DNA of 8,852 nucleotides from a virus (Duplodnaviria; Heunggongvirae; Uroviricota; Caudoviricetes): IMG/VR virus record IMGVR_UViG_2609459804_000013; one strand, 5' to 3'. Shown piece by piece: positions 5,043 to 8,852 of this stretch (position 1 is its first letter; each line of letters starts with the position of its first letter). The notes under the pieces were generated by a model. It saw only the letters and a program-made list of their open reading frames with translations, ran no database searches and was not told where the DNA came from. The position numbers and the translations under genes were made by a program.

Positions 5043-6980
5043 GTGACTCTTAAACGGGCCTGCTCCCTGCTGACGGTGAAATCCTTCAGTGAGGATGAGC
5101 GGGTGATCACCGGGATTGCGTCAACGCCTTCTCCGGATCGGGATGGTGACATCCTGGAGCCGGAGGGCGCGGAGTTTGGCAGTGCGATCCCGTTTCTCTG
5201 GCAGCATGACCATTCCCGCCCGGTGGGGCAGTGTACGGTGCGCCGGGTCAGCGAAGGGCTGGAAATCACGGCAACACTGGCGAAGCCCGTGCCGGATATG
5301 CCATCGCAACTGGCTGCCCGGCTGGATGAGGCCTGGGCGGCCATTAAGACCGGGCTGGTCAGGGGGCTGTCCGTGGGCTTCCGTCCTCATGAATACACCT
5401 TTCTGGACGGAGGCGGACTGCATTTTCTGCGCTGGGAACTGATGGAGGTGTCTGCCGTCACCGTGCCCGCGAATGCGGAATGCACCATCCGGACCATTAA
5501 ATCTTACGACCGCCAGTTTTCTGCCGCGTCCGGCAACCGGAAACCGGTGGTGAAAATCGCATCTTCTGCCGGCGCTGCGGCACAGTCAACAACCGTTTTT
5601 CATAAGGAAAAGACCATAATGAATATTGGCGAACAGATTAAAAGTTTTGAAAACAAGCGTGCAGCGCTGGCAGCCTCCCTTGAGGAGGTCATGACCAAAG
5701 CCGCAGAGGAAGGGCGCACGCTGGATGTGGAGGAGGAAGAGCATTACGACAACACCGCAGCGGAAATCCGTCAGGTGGATGCGCACCTGAAGCGTCTGCG
5801 TGAACTGGAAGCCGGTAAGGCCGCCACGGCACAGCCGGTGAAACAGGCCGGTAACGGGAATGTGGCCGCGGTGGCTTCTGCGCCGGTGATCCGTGTGGAG
5901 CAGAAACTGGATAAGGGGATTGGTTTCGCACGTTTTGCCAAATCGCTGGCTGCGGCTAAAGGTGTCCGCTCTGAAGCCCTGGAAGTGGCCCGTCGTCAGT
6001 ATCCGGATGACAGTCGTCTGCATCATGTCCTGAAATCGGCAGTGGGCGCGGGGACCACCACGGATCCGCAGTGGGCAGGCAGCCTGTCTGAATATCAGGA
6101 ATACGCACAGGACTTTATTGATTACCTGCGTCCTCAGACCATTATCGGGCGATTTGGTCAGGGCGGGATCCCTGCACTTCGTCAGGTGCCGTTCAATATC
6201 CGTGTGCACGCCCAGGTGTCCGGCGGTGCTGCCGGCTGGGTGGGTGAGGGTAAGGCAAAACCCCTGACGAAGTTTGATTTTGAATCCATCACCTTCAGTC
6301 ATGCGAAGGTGTCGGCCATTGCGGTACTGACGGAAGAATTGATCCGTTTTTCCAGTCCGGCTGCTGATGCACTGGTCCGTAATGCGCTGGCGGAAGCGGT
6401 GGTGGCGCGTCTGGATACAGACTTTGTGGACCCGAAAAAAGCGGCGGTGGCAGATGTCTCCCCGGCGTCCATCACCCATGATGTGAAGGGCACGGCATCA
6501 AGCGGTAACCCGGATGCGGATGCAGAGGCGGCGTTTGGACAGTTTGTGGCAGCAAACCTGCAGCCCACTGGTGCTGTCTGGCTGATGTCCAGCACCAATG
6601 CCCTGGCGCTGTCCATGCGTAAAAATGCGCTGGGTCAGAAAGAATACCCGGACATGACCCTGCTGGGTGGCTCCTTCCAGGGGCTGCCGGTGATTGTCTC
6701 CCAGTACGTGGGTGACCAGCTGGTGCTGGTGAATGCCCCGGATATTTATCTGGCGGATGACGGCGGCGTGGCAGTGGATATGTCCCGCGAGGCATCACTG
6801 GAAATGCAGTCTGAGCCGACCGGCGACAGTACCACGCCGTCGCCGGTGGAGCTGGTTTCCATGTTCCAGACAGGCAGCGTGGCCATCCGTGCGGAGCGCT
6901 GGATCAACTGGCGTCGTCGCCGTACCGCGGCGGTGGCGGTGATCACCGGAGTGAACTACGGCAGTGCGTCCGGCGGCTGA
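5043..6980 (+). CDS. Fusion protein: HK97-family prohead protease (Peptidase S78/U35) N-terminal domain + coiled-coil scaffold-like (delta-like) linker + HK97-fold major capsid protein
   Basis: GTG start with AGGAGG ribosome-binding site 5 nt upstream. Residues about 10-150 (ERVITGIASTPSPDRDGDILEPEGAEF...LWQHDHSRPVGQ...LSVGF...EVSAVTVPAN) match the prohead protease pattern. Residues about 190-265 are Ala/Glu-rich coiled coil (NIGEQIKSFENKRAALAASLEEV...LKRLRELEAGKA). The C-terminal about 350 aa resemble HK97-type capsid proteins (...FNIRVHAQVSGGAAGWVGEGKAKP...FSHAKVSAIAVLTEELIRFS...). Confidence 0.85.
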   Translation: MTLKRACSLLTVKSFSEDERVITGIASTPSPDRDGDILEPEGAEFGSAIPFLWQHDHSRPVGQCTVRRVSEGLEITATLAKPVPDMPSQLAARLDEAWAAIKTGLVRGLSVGFRPHEYTFLDGGGLHFLRWELMEVSAVTVPANAECTIRTIKSYDRQFSAASGNRKPVVKIASSAGAAAQSTTVFHKEKTIMNIGEQIKSFENKRAALAASLEEVMTKAAEEGRTLDVEEEEHYDNTAAEIRQVDAHLKRLRELEAGKAATAQPVKQAGNGNVAAVASAPVIRVEQKLDKGIGFARFAKSLAAAKGVRSEALEVARRQYPDDSRLHHVLKSAVGAGTTTDPQWAGSLSEYQEYAQDFIDYLRPQTIIGRFGQGGIPALRQVPFNIRVHAQVSGGAAGWVGEGKAKPLTKFDFESITFSHAKVSAIAVLTEELIRFSSPAADALVRNALAEAVVARLDTDFVDPKKAAVADVSPASITHDVKGTASSGNPDADAEAAFGQFVAANLQPTGAVWLMSSTNALALSMRKNALGQKEYPDMTLLGGSFQGLPVIVSQYVGDQLVLVNAPDIYLADDGGVAVDMSREASLEMQSEPTGDSTTPSPVELVSMFQTGSVAIRAERWINWRRRRTAAVAVITGVNYGSASGG

Positions 6981-6995
6981 GTCTGATAAGGAGGA

Positions 6996-7015
6996 CGGGA
7001 GGTGTGCGCCTCCCG
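6996..7015 (+). other. Perfect 7-bp stem hairpin (CGGGAGG-tgtgcg-CCTCCCG) immediately after the capsid gene stop; possible RNA stability or processing element, or a weak terminator without a U-tract
   Basis: Inverted repeat read directly from the sequence, 16 nt downstream of the capsid TGA (6978-6980). Confidence 0.3.
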
Positions 7016-7024
7016 TAACAGGTT

Positions 7025-7246
7025 ATGGCAAAGATCCGATATCTGCATGGTACGCATGATGCCCGGGTCGGGGATATCCGTGATGTGGCACAGCCGTGTG
7101 CGGAGGTGCTGGTTCGCCTGGGAAAGGCGGAGTACATCACGGTGCGACGTCCGGCAGGTCAGAAAAAGAAACGTGATGCGGAGCATGGCGAATGTGGAAC
7201 CTTTTACGGCGAACCCGAAAAAACCAGAAATCAGGACGTGACGTAA
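7025..7246 (+). CDS. Hypothetical small ORF (73 aa) between the capsid and portal genes, overlapping the portal start by about 55 nt
   Basis: ATG at 7025; first about 45 residues look protein-like (MAKIRYLHGTHDARVGDIRDVAQPCAEVLVRLGKAEYITVRRPAGQKKKRDAE). No close ribosome-binding site (AAGGAGGA lies about 30 nt upstream). Could be a small head protein or a spurious ORF. Confidence 0.25.
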   Translation: MAKIRYLHGTHDARVGDIRDVAQPCAEVLVRLGKAEYITVRRPAGQKKKRDAEHGECGTFYGEPEKTRNQDVT

Positions 7247-8556
7247 GAGAGGCGGGCTGGACCAGCCTGTTTCAGGCGGTGGCTGAGCCCTTTGCCGGTG
7301 CCTGGCAGCAGGGCGTGAAAACCGATCCGGAAAGTGTCCTCTCCTTTCATGCGGTGTTTTCGTGCATTTCGCTGATATCCCAGGATATCGCCAAAATGCG
7401 GCTGCGTCTTATGCAGACGGATGCGCATGGGATACGCAGGGAAACGCGCCGGGGGGATATTGCCCGCCTCTGTCGTCGTCCCAACGCCCAGCAGAACCGC
7501 ATCCAGTTTTTTGAACTGTGGCTGAACGCCAAACTGCGTCACGGCAATACGGTGGTGCTGAAAATCCGTAATGCCCGGGGGCAGATCAAAGAACTGCGTA
7601 TTCTGGACTGGAGCCGGGTTGAACCTCTGGTGGCGGATGACGGCGAGGTGTTCTACCGCATCACGCCGGACCGGAACTGCGGGATCACGGAGGCGGTGAC
7701 GGTGCCTGCCCGGGAAGTGATCCACGACCGGTTTAACTGTTTTTTTCATCCGCTTATAGGATTGCCGCCGGTGTATGCCGCCGGGCTGGCGGCCATGCAG
7801 GGGCATCATATTCAGGAAAATTCGACGTCTTTTTTCAGAAATGGCGGCAGGCCGTCCGGGGTGATTGAGATCCCCGGCAGTATTACGGAAGAAAATGCGA
7901 AAAAACTGAAGAGCAACTGGGACAGCGGGTATACCGGCGAAAATGCGGGGAAAACGGCCATTTTGAGCAACGGGGCAAAATACAACCCCACGACGTTTTC
8001 ACCGGTGGATGCGCAGACGGTGGAACAACTGAAGATGACCGCTGAAATTGTCTGTTCGGTGTTCCGTGTCCCGGCCTACAAGATTGGCGTTGGCCAGCCA
8101 CCTTCCAGTGACAACGTGGAGGCGCTGGAGCAGCAGTATTATTCCCAGTGCCTGCAGACGCTGATTGAGTCCATTGAACTGTTACTGGATGAGGCGCTGG
8201 AAACGGGGGAAAACGAGAGTACGGAGTTTGACGTCACCACGCTGCTGAGAATGGACAGCGAACGGCGCATGAAAACGCTGGGTGAGTCGGTGAAAAATAC
8301 GCTTCTCACGCCCAATGAGGCCCGTAAACGTGAGAACCTGCCGCCCCTTGCGGGAGGTGATGCACTGTATCTTCAGCAGCAGAACTACAGTCTGGAGGCG
8401 CTGTCCCGTCGTGATGCCCGTGAGGATCCGTTCGCGTCGACCGGGAAAACGGCCTTAGCGCAACCGCCTGACAGCGCATCTGACGGTAATAAGGCAATCA
8501 CTGAAACAGAGCATGATGCGGTGAAGGCGATGTTCAGGGGGATTCTGAAAAAATGA
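7192..8556 (+). CDS. Portal protein (HK97-family Phage_portal)
   Basis: GGAG ribosome-binding site 9 nt upstream of ATG 7192. Conserved blocks comparable to the HK97 portal: ESVLSFHAVFSCISLISQDIAKMRL near the N-terminus and FFRNGGRPSGVIEIPGSITEENAKKLKSNW in the core. Length 454 aa is typical. Confidence 0.9.
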   Translation: MWNLLRRTRKNQKSGRDVREAGWTSLFQAVAEPFAGAWQQGVKTDPESVLSFHAVFSCISLISQDIAKMRLRLMQTDAHGIRRETRRGDIARLCRRPNAQQNRIQFFELWLNAKLRHGNTVVLKIRNARGQIKELRILDWSRVEPLVADDGEVFYRITPDRNCGITEAVTVPAREVIHDRFNCFFHPLIGLPPVYAAGLAAMQGHHIQENSTSFFRNGGRPSGVIEIPGSITEENAKKLKSNWDSGYTGENAGKTAILSNGAKYNPTTFSPVDAQTVEQLKMTAEIVCSVFRVPAYKIGVGQPPSSDNVEALEQQYYSQCLQTLIESIELLLDEALETGENESTEFDVTTLLRMDSERRMKTLGESVKNTLLTPNEARKRENLPPLAGGDALYLQQQNYSLEALSRRDAREDPFASTGKTALAQPPDSASDGNKAITETEHDAVKAMFRGILKK

Positions 8557-8852
8557 ATGAACGTGAACTGTCCATTATCCGTGCGCTGGGTGAAGAATTT
8601 TCCGCAGTGCTGGCGGATTTACAGCGCACATTTGAGGGGAAAATAGCCGCGCAGGCACAAACGTTTGAAGAAAAACTGGCGTCCCTGTCTGTGGTATTAC
8701 AGAAGTGCGTGACGGGCGATGATATGCGTCCGATGCTTGAGCAGATGGTGAAGGAGGCGGTAAGCCATATCCCTGTTCCGCGTGACGGTCGTGACTACGA
8801 TCCGGAAGTACTGCAGAAGGCGGTGAATGATGCGGTCGCAAATATTCCACAG
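8553..8852 (+). CDS. Hypothetical phage protein, 5'-partial view (first 100 codons; ORF runs off the window end), translationally coupled to portal
   Basis: ATG 8553-8555 overlaps the portal TGA 8554-8556. Translation MNERELSIIRALGEEFSAVLADLQRTFEGKIAAQAQTFEEKLASLSVVLQK... is helical/coiled-coil-like, followed by ...IPVPRDGRDYDPEVLQKAVNDAVANIPQ. No stop before the window end. Confidence 0.5.
   Translation, partial: MNERELSIIRALGEEFSAVLADLQRTFEGKIAAQAQTFEEKLASLSVVLQKCVTGDDMRPMLEQMVKEAVSHIPVPRDGRDYDPEVLQKAVNDAVANIPQ

Larger units (their letters stand above)
1..8852 (+). mobile_element. Prophage late region: lysis-cassette end (Rz/Rz1), moron segment, HNH-cos-terminase packaging module, HK97-like head module
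   Basis: Co-linear + strand phage genes recognisable by translation: lambda-like Rz/Rz1, HNH endonuclease, small and large terminase, prohead protease/major capsid fusion, portal. No integrase or attachment site in window, so element boundaries are not visible. Confidence 0.85.

Noticed and set aside
5586-6479. 297-aa minus-strand ORF inside the protease-capsid gene
   Set aside because: Antisense to a strongly supported capsid gene; Arg/His/Cys-rich composition with no recognisable domain. Typical GC-bias artefact.
7002-7241. Frame-3 ORF (GTG start) between capsid and portal, ending ...MANVEPFTANPKKPEIRT
   Set aside because: Arg/Trp/Cys-rich and starts inside the hairpin. Its last 18 codons could in principle be an alternative portal N-terminus via the A6 run, but the ATG at 7192 has the better ribosome-binding site and positions the conserved portal block as in HK97.
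8575-8850. 91-aa minus-strand ORF at the 3' end
   Set aside because: Antisense to the portal-coupled + strand ORF, which has a coupling start codon and protein-like composition; the minus ORF is Pro/Ser/His-rich.

Overview
This window reads as the late region of an enterobacterial, HK97-like cos-type prophage, with almost all genes on the + strand. No tRNA, rRNA, CRISPR array, IS element or integrase is visible. Calls are by eye from the sequence and ORF track; no searches were run.

Layout, 5' to 3':
- 1-350: GT-rich stretch encoding only short hydrophobic peptides; no endolysin is recognisable.
- 351-845: a lambda-type Rz/Rz1 spanin pair, with Rz1 embedded in the +1 frame of Rz.
- 842-2100: an accessory (moron-like) segment that looks AT-richer than the rest. 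It holds a small ORF coupled to Rz, a lipoprotein that is essentially a stand-alone TonB C-terminal domain behind a palindromic operator-like site, and a small DNA-binding-like gene on the - strand.
- 2111-2765: an HNH endonuclease followed by a 290-bp intergenic region with a C/G-rich block and five clustered GTTAAC motifs, a candidate cos/packaging site.
- 2766-4979: small and large terminase genes, each broken by an apparent single-base deletion.
- 5043-6980: a single ORF fusing prohead protease, a scaffold-like coiled coil and an HK97-fold major capsid protein.
- 7192-8556: the portal gene, unusually placed after the capsid gene.
- 8553-8852: a translationally coupled ORF truncated by the window end.

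The most interesting candidate is the TonB C-terminal-domain lipoprotein, which I hypothesise acts as a TonB decoy for superinfection exclusion. The non-canonical head-gene order and the two terminase frameshifts also deserve a second look.
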